DNA of 64,000 bases from Leptolyngbyaceae cyanobacterium. Lineage in GTDB: Bacteria; Cyanobacteriota; Cyanobacteriia; Phormidesmidales; Phormidesmidaceae. The stretch covers positions 1,344,001-1,408,000 of the forward strand of contig CBDHHL010000056.1 of assembly GCA_965263355.1 (NCBI GenBank). Direction: 5' to 3'. Position numbers and translations under genes: made by a program. Under the pieces are notes generated by a model, which saw only the letters and a program-made list of their open reading frames with translations, was not told the origin of the DNA and searched no databases. Below, piece by piece: positions 20,611-29,888 of this stretch (its first letter is position 1; every line of letters begins with the position of its first letter).

Positions 20611-20648
20611 TTGCAATAGTTTCATATTATTGCGAATAATATCTAAAA
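20611..20648. promoter_or_regulatory. Putative Fur-box region between the divergent fur and futA genes
   Basis: AT-rich imperfect palindromes TTGCAATAGTTTCATA and TTGCGAATAATATCTAA. Confidence 0.4.
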
Positions 20649-20872
20649 GTTGGCGAAAAAATAATAGGGAGCAAAGACTGGTCAGCGTTCTAAGACAATA
20701 CTTAACTTGTTTTGTATGGGGTAAACGTGCTCGTATTGACTTGAAATCTAAAAGGTGCATATGCTCGTCAATTTTACTGGTAAATAAAATGTTTCTGGGT
20801 AGTCTTGAATTTTAAGCAGGGCAACTTTCACCTAAAATATTATTTGAGAACTTTTCCTGTTAACGGTTGGCT

Positions 20873-21934
20873 ATGTCGTATAAACCTGTTTTCTTGTGTG
20901 CTGCCATCATGTCACTTGCGATCTCAAGTTGTAACAATCAGGCTCAGGAGGCCACTACGCCAGATGCTGCAGTTGATTCAGACGCTGTTGTTAATGTCTA
21001 TTCAGCACGTCACTACGATGTAGACGATGATTTATTTGCCAGGTTTACTGAGCAGTCGGGAATTAAGGTCAATATTTTAGAAGGCAATTCAGATGAACTG
21101 ATCGAAAGAATCACGACTGAGGGTGAAAATAGTCCAGCCGATGTCTTTATTACCGTAGATGCAGGGCGACTTTGGCGAGCAGAACAAGAAGGAATTTTCC
21201 AACCAATTTCATCTGCTGTGTTAGATGAAAAAGTACCTGATAATCTACGTCATCCCGATGGTCTATGGTATGGCTTGACCAAGCGGGCGCGAGTCATCAT
21301 CTATAACGTGGATGCAGTCGACCCAGGGGAGCTATCGACCTACGAAGCCCTGGCCGGACCAGAGTGGAAGCACCGCGTGTGCGTTCGGAGTTCTAGCAAT
21401 ATCTACAATCAGTCCCTGTTGGGTTCTTTGATTGAAACCATCGGTTTAGAAGCAACCGAGGCTTGGGCCCAAGGTCTAGTGAACAACTTTGCGCGGGATC
21501 CCGACGGTGGCGATGTCAATCAAATTAAGGCAGTGGCGGCAGGTCAGTGTGATGTGGCAATTGCTAATCATTATTATTGGGCACGTCTGGCTAAGTCCGA
21601 TGAACCAGAGAGTCAAGCTGTGGTGTCAAAGACAGCTGTGTTTTTTCCCAATCAGGAGGACAGGGGTACCCATGTGAATATCAGTGGCTTTGGTATGGTC
21701 GTAGGCGCTGAGCATCGGGAGAGTGCGATCGCATTTCTAGAATTTCTAGTCAGTTCCGAAGCCCAGCAGATATTTGCCAACAGTAATAATGAATACCCTG
21801 TCGTGGAAAACGTTGACATAGATCCGATTGTGGCAGAATTAGGCGATTTCAAAGTGGATGAAGTCAATGTTTCTGCCTACGGTCGTAACAATCCTGAGGT
21901 GGTTAAACTTGTTGACCGAGTGGGTTGGCAGTAA
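20873..21934 (+). CDS. futA: Fe(III) ABC transporter substrate-binding lipoprotein (FutA/IdiA)
   Basis: Lipobox AISSC, VNVYSARHYD, SPADVFITVDAGRL, RSSSNIYNQSL, ANHYY, GTHVNISG. Confidence 0.93.
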   Translation: MSYKPVFLCAAIMSLAISSCNNQAQEATTPDAAVDSDAVVNVYSARHYDVDDDLFARFTEQSGIKVNILEGNSDELIERITTEGENSPADVFITVDAGRLWRAEQEGIFQPISSAVLDEKVPDNLRHPDGLWYGLTKRARVIIYNVDAVDPGELSTYEALAGPEWKHRVCVRSSSNIYNQSLLGSLIETIGLEATEAWAQGLVNNFARDPDGGDVNQIKAVAAGQCDVAIANHYYWARLAKSDEPESQAVVSKTAVFFPNQEDRGTHVNISGFGMVVGAEHRESAIAFLEFLVSSEAQQIFANSNNEYPVVENVDIDPIVAELGDFKVDEVNVSAYGRNNPEVVKLVDRVGWQ

Positions 21935-21946
21935 GGGGTATAGTAA

Positions 21947-22117
21947 ATGCTGTTTCAAATTCCTGATGTGCTGTCTGTCGAGGAGCTGGGCCACCTCCAG
22001 CAGGCATTGGCCCAGGCTGAGTTTGTCGATGGTAAAACCATAGCTGGCTGGTATGCCAGACAGGTTAAGCACAATCAACAGCTAAAACAGGGCGCTGACC
22101 CAGAGTTAGAAGCAGCA
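21947..22117 (+). pseudogene. piuC: 5' fragment of a PKHD-type Fe(II)/2OG dioxygenase (PiuC/YbiX)
   Basis: MLFQIPDVLS...FVDGKTIAGWYARQVKHNQQL matches the family N-terminus; similarity ends after about 57 codons where the Uma2 remnant begins. Confidence 0.8.
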
Positions 22118-22502
22118 ACACATCCAAGCCACCATGGGTCACCGTAATCTCAATGGCCAGATTAGGAATCTTGCTGCGTGCCCCGACACAATAGGACTCG
22201 TCCGGCTCCTTACGCGCTCCCAATTGCTTTAAGCCAATCGTTGCACTCCCCTTGGCATAGAAGCGAATTTGCTTGAGCCGCATATATGCTTCTAACAATT
22301 GCGACAAAAGCTTCTTTGGCTCCTCATGCGCCTCAGAAAGTGGCACCATAATTTCTAAATATCCATCGAGATAAACCAGTCGAGCCTCCGTCTCTACTAA
22401 GCTTTTATCCAGTGCTTCTAGCACTGACCAGCTGACATTCGACAGAATGGTGTTACCTTTGACTGGAACAGCAGGAACCTCTCAAACTGGACTATTAACC
22501 AT
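22115..22502 (-). pseudogene. Uma2-family (PD-(D/E)XK) endonuclease pseudogene
   Basis: ATG 22502, in-frame TGA at codon 7 (22484-22482), ILSNVSW, YLDGYLEIM, HEE, KEPDESY, PNLAIEI; truncated after GGLDV, so the GVPEVW region is missing. Confidence 0.85.
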
Positions 22503-22988
22503 CGTTACGCCGTTCAATGCGCTACATCTGCCTTCTTATTTTAATGCCCAGGATCTAAATTTGAGAAAACTGGTTGGCGTTGCTCCAGCGGAGCAGCTTT
22601 GCCTTAGTGTTAGCCATGCCCTTTGGGCTAACGCAATCCAACTGTCACACTACCAACCACCCTCAAACCCTCATTCCACCATCCAGCTCTCGACGGCCAG
22701 CAGCTGCCCACTGTCACAGAGAACCATTACCACCGTAGAAAGCCTTATCCCAAGAATCCTTTAGTTAATACGCAATCGATTCCACACACAGTGATCACAG
22801 ACACAAACCAAGAAAACTTGATGCCTGTGTAAGCAGACCATAGGTTTATCCTGGCACGGTGTTAGTATGGTGCCGCCTTAGAATACAGTGAACTCATAGA
22901 CAAAGCACCCTATTGCATAACCTCCTATTTCGAACCCTATATCTAAGTAGACAGAATACTGTATTACTTAACCCTCTATATCTAACTC

Positions 22989-23023
22989 GAATCCCCCATG
23001 AACCTTAGGTTTGTGGGGGATTC
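22989..23023. other. Long intergenic hairpin
   Basis: GAATCCCCCATGAACC-TTA-GGTTTGTGGGGGATTC: 16-bp arms, both non-Watson-Crick positions are G-U on the + strand. Confidence 0.7.
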
Positions 23024-23194
23024 TTATATAAACTGGATGTTGGTCAATATCTGGGGTGAGTGAGCAATAGCACACCAAAAGATGACGAAGATCACAAATT
23101 CTGGTTTGGAATGCGCCTGCAGCGGCTTGTTTCCCTAGATAGAGACACAAACAGCTCACCTGTCTTTAATTCCTCTAAACAGCACAGTCCGTGG

Positions 23195-23226
23195 CCCCTG
23201 ATCGCTCTCCGTCAGGGGATTTTTTT
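23195..23226 (+). terminator. Intrinsic terminator with no convincing upstream CDS
   Basis: CCCCTGA..TCAGGGG stem followed by ATTTTTTT. Confidence 0.7.
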
Positions 23227-23372
23227 GTCTTGTGATACCGGTCACCAATATTACTCAGCCAATCTCAGAAACCCCTTAAGCCACATTCAGTTACCGGTCA
23301 GATAGCGTTCAGCTACCCTCGGCATTCTTGTAATCAATGAGGTCAATCACTGATTCCCAAGGAGCTTTAACT

Positions 23373-23831
23373 ATGAAACGCACACTGCTTTCCGCCTTAA
23401 CCGTTCTCGTTGCTTCCGCTGCTATTGCCCCTATTGCCTCCGCCGTCGAGCCCGCCAGCTTCAATATTCAGTCCGCTCGGCTAGAAGCCCTCGATGCCCG
23501 CACTAAGAACACCGTCCACAAACTACGCATCGAGCACCTCAATAACCAAACCAAGGCCATCGAAGATATCCAAGCTACTCGTCTCGAAGCGCTAGATGCC
23601 CGTACTAAAGCTGTAGACAACATCCAAGCCACTCGTCTAGAAGCCCTAGACGCCCGTACTAAGAACAGTGTTCACAAGCTACGTCTTGAGCACCTTAATA
23701 ACCAGACTAAGGCCGTTGAGAATATTCAATCCGCTCGTTTAGACGCATTAGATGCCCGGACTAAAGCGGTCGATAACATCCAGGAAGCTCGCCTGGATGC
23801 GCTAGATGCTCGGACTAAGTCCGTCCGCTAA
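23373..23831 (+). CDS. Secreted tandem-repeat protein of unknown function
   Basis: AAGGAG RBS, Sec signal ending ASA, 5 copies of IQxxRL(E/D)ALDARTK and 2 copies of NxVHKLRxEHLNNQTK. Confidence 0.88.
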   Translation: MKRTLLSALTVLVASAAIAPIASAVEPASFNIQSARLEALDARTKNTVHKLRIEHLNNQTKAIEDIQATRLEALDARTKAVDNIQATRLEALDARTKNSVHKLRLEHLNNQTKAVENIQSARLDALDARTKAVDNIQEARLDALDARTKSVR

Positions 23832-23961
23832 CAGATTGCTGAGCTGTTGCGGTACTCGGGCTGACAAGCTTGGGTGCCCGGTGCAGACTCCGTAATCTGT
23901 GAAATGCTTCATTACTTATTTCAGGGCACCCTTTTCCTCTCAGATCCTCACACACCAAATG

Positions 23962-23991
23962 AAGCCTCTGCCGATAGGGTGGAGGCTTTTT
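23962..23991 (+). terminator. Intrinsic terminator
   Basis: AAGCCTCTGCC..GGTGGAGGCTT followed by a T-run. Confidence 0.7.
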
Positions 23992-23998
23992 GTTGACT

Positions 23999-24844
23999 TT
24001 AGGGTTGCGATCGCACCACTCTTGCTCTTGCTCCCAACGCTTTTTTTACGAGGCTTCTGACGCTAGAATAACCAGCCAGCAGACTTTCAGGAATCAAACT
24101 ATAATATCTAAACCAGTTTTCATTGGTTTTATCGCCTTGTTTTTTAGTCGCTTGGGAAATCTCTATCCCTTCCTCAGGGAGAACAACGCCAGAAAATTCT
24201 ATAACCTGGCGAATGGTGGGGGTAAATTCTCGAACGAAGTCCTCATAAACTACCTCAAAAAAAGGTAGGTTGTTGTTACTAAAAAATGATCGCCAGTTGT
24301 TGTTTCGAGCTTGGAGACCTTGCTTATACCGATAGATATTAAGGGGTTTAAAGAAGAGTTTTTTATCCTTATAAGTGAGTTTCCCGCTAAAGTCTTTTGG
24401 GATCATATAAATCCCGGTTTGATGCCCAATTTCAACAGAAATAGCTTGCTTAGTCAGGTTGTCACGCCGGATAAAAACAAAGCAAGGATTTGGGAAAAAT
24501 AACGTGAGAATTTCTATGTTTGATTTTGACTTTAATGTGGGATCTGTACGCGCTATCTTGGTTAAGAGTTTCATATGATCCCAATGGAGCTTAACACCGA
24601 ATACTCCATTGGATGTTGTCCCTTTTCTGTATACATCAGGAAGATAGTGGTAAAGCTCATCGGCTGATGAATGAACAGAATTTTTAACCAGGATATCAGG
24701 TCGAAAAAACTCATCGCACTGACCAAGACAGTTGAGGCTGCTTAAGGTTTTACCCAGTAAGGTACTGCCCGAGCGGCCAGTGGAACAGACAAGAATACTT
24801 TTAGCTGGCAATAGGTTCGTCGAGATTGTGTCGGAAAATGGCAT
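23999..24844 (-). CDS. Stf0-family sulfotransferase
   Basis: VCSTGRSGSTLL, TTSNGVFGVKLHW, RRDNLTKQAIS, VVYED. Confidence 0.85.
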   Translation of the reverse strand: MPFSDTISTNLLPAKSILVCSTGRSGSTLLGKTLSSLNCLGQCDEFFRPDILVKNSVHSSADELYHYLPDVYRKGTTSNGVFGVKLHWDHMKLLTKIARTDPTLKSKSNIEILTLFFPNPCFVFIRRDNLTKQAISVEIGHQTGIYMIPKDFSGKLTYKDKKLFFKPLNIYRYKQGLQARNNNWRSFFSNNNLPFFEVVYEDFVREFTPTIRQVIEFSGVVLPEEGIEISQATKKQGDKTNENWFRYYSLIPESLLAGYSSVRSLVKKALGARARVVRSQP

Positions 24845-25090
24845 ATGAATAGCTATGTCCTAGATTAGAATGCTACTTCTAAATACTACTCATGTTAAAA
24901 CCCCTACAGGAATATAGCTGTTACCAGCATCAACTTTCCCATAGGAGCTTTTAACTTACTCAACAATAAGGACAAACATATTCAACGTTTACACCTGCTG
25001 GGGGATCTTTTATGCAGCGCTGTGTGTATAGTGCTGGCTATCGTTCACTATCCCCAGGGTTAAAGGATAGTGCTAATGCAACTAAATGCA

Positions 25091-25618
25091 TTAATACGCG
25101 TCCTGAAGCTCGTAAAAGTCTGGTGAAATGTAGTCCTTGCGCATAGGCCAGCCTACCCAATCTTCAGGCATGAGTAAGCGCTTCAAATGTGGATGACCTT
25201 CGTAGACAATGCCATACATGTCATAGCTTTCACGCTCTTGCCAGTCAGCAGCCTTCCAAATCCAGTAGACCGAGGGCACCTTAGGATTTTCCCGTGGTAG
25301 GTAAACCTTGATACGGACCTCCTCAGGACGGTCAGCATTATCGCTTACCTTAAGGAGGTGATAAAAGCTGACCAAGGGTTTACCAGGACCTGCATCATAG
25401 GCCCCCTGACATTGCAGGTAGTTAAACCCATAGGCATAAAGCGCCGTACAAAAAGGAATCAAAAAGGCAGGTTCTACCTTAAGTAACTCCACACCCAAAT
25501 GGTCGCGCTCCATAATTTCATGGGCAAACCCCTGCTGGGTTAACCAGCTTGATACAGGTCCCGCCTCAACTAGCTTGCCTGCCTCTTCTGTCCCAGACTT
25601 AGTTTCGTTATCAGCCAT
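25091..25618 (-). CDS. ndhJ: NDH-1 subunit J
   Basis: [43 protein letters not shown]. Confidence 0.97.
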   Translation of the reverse strand: MADNETKSGTEEAGKLVEAGPVSSWLTQQGFAHEIMERDHLGVELLKVEPAFLIPFCTALYAYGFNYLQCQGAYDAGPGKPLVSFYHLLKVSDNADRPEEVRIKVYLPRENPKVPSVYWIWKAADWQERESYDMYGIVYEGHPHLKRLLMPEDWVGWPMRKDYISPDFYELQDAY

Positions 25619-26357
25619 TAGTCTGCTCCTTCTGCTGAGCTACGGTCTCTGACTCAGGTAAGTTCATGGGCATACCCATAGCCTGCATCAGCTCCTTCGG
25701 AGGGGCCTCACGACTATCAGAACGAATATATTTGCCAGTAAGAATAGGCGCTACGGCTTCCATTTTGTGAGTACAGGTGTAATAGTGGTGGGTTTGTTCT
25801 AACACTCCCCGTTCACGCATAGACTCGTTGGCAATCTTCTTCCGCAACTTAATTACAGCGTCAAAAATTGCTTCAGGTCTTGGTGGGCAGCCAGGAATGT
25901 ACACATCCACTGGAATCAGCTTATCAACACCCCGTACCGCTGACGGTGAATCAACGCTAAACATACCGCCTGTAATAGTACATGCCCCCATCGCGATAAC
26001 GTACTTGGGCTCAGGCATCTGTTCGTAGAGTCGTACTAAAGCCGGAGCCATCTTCATAGTGACGGTGCCAGCAGTAATAATTAGATCGGCCTGACGCGGA
26101 CTGGAACGAGGGGCTAACCCAAATCGGTCAAAGTCAAATCGAGACCCCAATAAGGCCGCAAACTCGATAAAACAACAGGCAGTACCGTAAAGAAGTGGAA
26201 ATAAACTGGATAGCCGGGTCCAGTTGTAAATGTCATCAACGGTAGTCAAAATGACATTCTCTGAAAGATCCTGAGTTACAGCGGGGGGGGCTGCTGGGTT
26301 CATTACCCGCTCATTATCACCGATCAAGGAACTGCCCGATGGGGATTTTATGACCAT
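25611..26357 (-). CDS. ndhK: NDH-1 subunit K
   Basis: [38 protein letters not shown]. Confidence 0.97.
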   Translation of the reverse strand: MVIKSPSGSSLIGDNERVMNPAAPPAVTQDLSENVILTTVDDIYNWTRLSSLFPLLYGTACCFIEFAALLGSRFDFDRFGLAPRSSPRQADLIITAGTVTMKMAPALVRLYEQMPEPKYVIAMGACTITGGMFSVDSPSAVRGVDKLIPVDVYIPGCPPRPEAIFDAVIKLRKKIANESMRERGVLEQTHHYYTCTHKMEAVAPILTGKYIRSDSREAPPKELMQAMGMPMNLPESETVAQQKEQTNG

Positions 26358-26710
26358 TCCAATGCTCCTTTACGCCATGCGTAAACCAGACCGACAAGCA
26401 AAATTGCGATAAAAATCAAGGCTTCTATAAATGCTAGTACACCCAGCTTATGAAAGGCGACCGCCCAGGGATATAGAAAGACGGTTTCCACGTCAAAAAT
26501 TACAAATACCAGGGCGAACATGTAGTAGCGAATATTGAACTGAATCCAGGCACCGCCGATGGGCTCCATTCCAGATTCGTAAGTTGTCCGCCGAACTACA
26601 CCAGTGCCTTTGGCTCCAAGGAGTTTAGCGGCTAGCAGCGCCGATACAGGTACCAGGCTGCAAATAATCAAAAAGAGTAGAAAGTATTCGTATCCAGTTA
26701 GTACAAACAC
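26348..26710 (-). CDS. ndhC: NDH-1 subunit C
   Basis: [43 protein letters not shown]. Confidence 0.97.
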   Translation of the reverse strand: MFVLTGYEYFLLFLIICSLVPVSALLAAKLLGAKGTGVVRRTTYESGMEPIGGAWIQFNIRYYMFALVFVIFDVETVFLYPWAVAFHKLGVLAFIEALIFIAILLVGLVYAWRKGALEWS

Positions 26711-26913
26711 GCGTGTTTTGTGATTTCCTGTTAACGGGCTGGCTGCCCCAATAAGCTTACTTCTATTCTAGTCAGCTGTGTAGGCCTATCCCACCGTGAT
26801 GGACAAATCCGACAATAAAAAATCCTAGCTTTATCTATAGAGGTTTCTGAAGTGATCACTGCAACGTCCATAGATATACAGGAGTCGCAGCTTGGTATGT
26901 AATAATTATTTAC

Positions 26914-27321
26914 ATGACGCTACCAGAACTTTCCATGAGTACTGAGCCTGATGCTAATCCAGTGGTGGATATGCCTGAAACCGAAGAGCCGTCTGCACCG
27001 CCCACACCCTATGAAATGGATCGCTACGAGTGTCGTCCTTGTGGCTACATCTATGAACCTGTGAAGGGGGATGGTAAGGCAGATATTCCTCCGGGAGTAC
27101 CCTTTACGGAGCTTCCCATCACCTGGCGCTGCCCAGTCTGTGGTTCACGTTCAAAGCTTTTTGCCAATGTTGGTCCGGCAGGTAAGCCTTCTGGCTTTAG
27201 TGAGAACCTGGGGTACGGTTTTGGTGTTAATACGCTGACACCAGGTCAGAAAAACATTCTGATTTTCGGAGCGTTAGGCATTGCCTTTCTCTTCTTTATG
27301 AGTTTGTACGGTCTCAAGTAA
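26914..27321 (+). CDS. rubA: Membrane-anchored rubredoxin RubA
   Basis: CRPCGYIY, WRCPVC, C-terminal TM helix; upstream of ycf48. Confidence 0.93.
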   Translation: MTLPELSMSTEPDANPVVDMPETEEPSAPPTPYEMDRYECRPCGYIYEPVKGDGKADIPPGVPFTELPITWRCPVCGSRSKLFANVGPAGKPSGFSENLGYGFGVNTLTPGQKNILIFGALGIAFLFFMSLYGLK

Positions 27322-27389
27322 GCTCAACTGAGCAAGTCTACTTGAGTACTGCGCAGTCTGACTTTCATGTTTAAATTTGTTTATTTGTC

Positions 27390-28457
27390 TTGGCCTTAGT
27401 AGAGATGCAAACGGTTTTAGCGGATTTTTTTAATGGGCGAGTAGCCATCGGGCTTAAGCGACTTTTGTTAGTTGCGATCGCAATTCTCACCGTCGGCTGT
27501 ACAAAATTTTTCCTACCATCCTTAGATAGCAATCCATGGCAAACCATTGCTCTGGAGACCGATGCCACGTTTTCCGATGTGGCGTTTACTCAGGATGCTA
27601 ACCATGGTTGGCTGGTCGGTAGCCGGTCTTCGTTATTCGAAACCAATGACGGTGGTAAAACTTGGGAGCAAAAGGTATTAGATCTGGGCGATCAGCGCTA
27701 CACCTTTACCGCCGTTAGTTTTGCAGGTGACGAAGGCTGGGTATCTGGGTTGCCTAGCGTGCTACTACACACCACCGATGGCGGTCAATCTTGGGCCAAT
27801 GTGCCCCTGAGTGCCCAGTTACCCGGCGGGCCTCTAATGGTCACCGCCCTGGGCCAAGGATCCGTTGAAATGGCTACCGATGTGGGCGCTATTTATCGCA
27901 CGGAGGATAGTGGACGCCACTGGTCTGCCCTGGTGCAAGCGGCTGTGGGTGTGGTGCGTAATATGACCCGTAGTGACGACGGTCGCTATGTAGCCGTTTC
28001 CTCCCGGGGAAATTTCTACTCCACCTGGGAACCTGGCCAAGATAGCTGGCAGCCCCACAATCGAGAGAACTCAAAGCGTCTGCAGAATATGGGCTTTACT
28101 AGTGACGGCAATCTATGGCTAATTGCCCGAGGGGGGCAAATGCAGTTTAGTCAGCCCAGTGACTCTCCTGAAGCCGTCAAGTACGAGATCTGGAGTGAGC
28201 CTGTTCGGCCTGAAATTGGCACCAGTTGGGGCTTCTTAGATGTTGGCTATCGTACTAATGCAGAGCTATGGGTAAGTGGCGGTAGCGGCACCCTGCTTAC
28301 AAGTAAGGATGGAGGAGAAACCTGGTTAAAGGATGAAAAAGCTGCGGATGTTCCTTCTAATCTGTATCGAGTCAAATTTTTTAGTGAGGAGCAAGGCTTT
28401 ATCCTTGGCCAACGCGGTTATCTACTCCGCTATATGCCTGGAGATTCAACGGTTTAA
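27390..28457 (+). CDS. ycf48: PSII assembly factor Ycf48/Hcf136 (start uncertain)
   Basis: Lipobox LTVGC, BNR repeats (TNDGGKTW, TTDGGQSW), YVAVSSRGNFY, RLQNMGF. Confidence 0.95.
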   Translation: MALVEMQTVLADFFNGRVAIGLKRLLLVAIAILTVGCTKFFLPSLDSNPWQTIALETDATFSDVAFTQDANHGWLVGSRSSLFETNDGGKTWEQKVLDLGDQRYTFTAVSFAGDEGWVSGLPSVLLHTTDGGQSWANVPLSAQLPGGPLMVTALGQGSVEMATDVGAIYRTEDSGRHWSALVQAAVGVVRNMTRSDDGRYVAVSSRGNFYSTWEPGQDSWQPHNRENSKRLQNMGFTSDGNLWLIARGGQMQFSQPSDSPEAVKYEIWSEPVRPEIGTSWGFLDVGYRTNAELWVSGGSGTLLTSKDGGETWLKDEKAADVPSNLYRVKFFSEEQGFILGQRGYLLRYMPGDSTV

Positions 28458-28665
28458 GACCAGTTGCATGTATCCTTGAGTTTACTCAGGAGAGCAAAAA
28501 CATGAAGGAATCCTTAATCGTTGCTTGATAGGGATATCCTCTGTTCTCTATGATGGTATCAAAAGCTTCCCATATCAGAACTGTAGTTTTTAAGTAAGTG
28601 GAGGCTTGCAGTTCTGAACTTTGGATGTGAATTCCGCCTATTCGCTGTTAAAAGGAGATTTTGCA

Positions 28666-28911
28666 ATGGCAGGTAATACTGGCGAACGACCTTTTTCTGA
28701 CATTATTACAAGTATTCGCTACTGGATTATCCACAGCATTACCATTCCCGCGCTATTCATTGCCGGCTGGTTGTTTGTGTCTACGGGGCTTGCCTACGAT
28801 GTGTTTGGTACTCCTCGTCCTAACGAGTACTTTCCCAACAATCAGGTACAGGTACCGATTCTTGAGAACCGCTATGAAGCGGATAAGCAAATTACCCAAT
28901 TTGGTAATTAG
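28666..28911 (+). CDS. psbE: Cytochrome b559 alpha subunit
   Basis: [41 protein letters not shown]. Confidence 0.98.
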   Translation: MAGNTGERPFSDIITSIRYWIIHSITIPALFIAGWLFVSTGLAYDVFGTPRPNEYFPNNQVQVPILENRYEADKQITQFGN

Positions 28912-28949
28912 CGTCCTTGTTGATTGTCAATTGAGATTGGAATTTCCCT

Positions 28950-29084
28950 ATGACCAGCAGTAACCCTAACGAGCCCGTCGTATATCCTATTTTTACGGTA
29001 CGTTGGCTTTCCGTTCATGCCCTTGGCGTTCCCTCGGTCTTTTTCTTGGGTGCCATTGCTGCGATGCAATTTATTCAGCGATAG
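28950..29084 (+). CDS. psbF: Cytochrome b559 beta subunit
   Basis: Hand-translated [44 protein letters not shown]; below the ORF-track size cutoff. Confidence 0.97.
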   Translation: MTSSNPNEPVVYPIFTVRWLSVHALGVPSVFFLGAIAAMQFIQR

Positions 29085-29093
29085 GAGATCACC

Positions 29094-29213
29094 GTGGAAA
29101 GAACCCCGAATCCAAATAAGCAACCCGTTGAACTAAACCGGACATCTCTGTTTCTTGGTTTACTTTTAGTTTTTGTTACGGGCCTGTTGTTTTCCAGCTA
29201 TTTCTTTAACTAA
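29094..29213 (+). CDS. psbL: Photosystem II protein L
   Basis: GTG start after [44 protein letters not shown]. Confidence 0.97.
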   Translation: MERTPNPNKQPVELNRTSLFLGLLLVFVTGLLFSSYFFN

Positions 29214-29292
29214 AGCTGACGGGTGTAGGTAGCTAAGTAAGCTGTCTACACTCACTTTTCATGAGATTAGGCAATAAATAGGAGATAAATAC

Positions 29293-29412
29293 ATGTTTAA
29301 AGATGGCCGAATTCCCCTTTGGATTGTGGCAACTGTTGCTGGTACTGGCGTACTTGTAGTAGTAGGTCTATTTTTCTATGGTGCCTATGCTGGTGTTGGT
29401 TCGGGTGTCTAG
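29293..29412 (+). CDS. psbJ: Photosystem II protein J
   Basis: [47 protein letters not shown]. Confidence 0.97.
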   Translation: MFKDGRIPLWIVATVAGTGVLVVVGLFFYGAYAGVGSGV

Positions 29413-29507
29413 CCCTAGTTAACGTTGAACCTGAGCGATTTTCAAAATTGCCAAGTCGTTCTTACACCGTAAAACCTATTGTCAGCTCAGAAAGGTCACA
29501 TAGGCGT

Positions 29508-29547
29508 AGAAAAGCCCCTCACGTTAATTAGCGCGAGGGGCTTTTCT
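29508..29547. terminator. Bidirectional-type terminator after psbJ
   Basis: AGAAAAGCCCCTC..GAGGGGCTTTTCT inverted repeat. Confidence 0.8.
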
Positions 29548-29888
29548 GTAAGTCAAATGTTTCTTAGGTAGTCAGGCAAGCCCACAGACGATATATGGAC
29601 AACCTATGCCGATGTTTCTTCCTGCTCTACGTACAAGAACATCGCGATCATAAATACAAAGGCATGAACAACCACAATGGGCACCATAACCTGAGGCAAA
29701 AGGGATGTATCCATTATCAAGTCTCCTCTCTCTACAGTGAGCAAATGCTCTGAAGATTTAGCCGTTTTTACATCCAAGACTAGATTTTTCTAAAAAAACA
29801 AACTTTTGGCTTGGATGCGGGTCTAGGACCTAGCCCTTAATTTACTGCGATTTGACGCAGCATATATCAATTGTGTAGAAAGTTTGCA

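Noticed and set aside
22447..23305. Short ORFs at 22447-22764, 22968-23159 and 23060-23305
   Set aside because: No recognisable motifs; they overlap the Uma2 pseudogene, the hairpin or the terminator
23460..23820. DNA-level repeats as a CRISPR or non-coding array
   Set aside because: The repeats are in frame and vary mostly at third codon positions, so they are protein repeats
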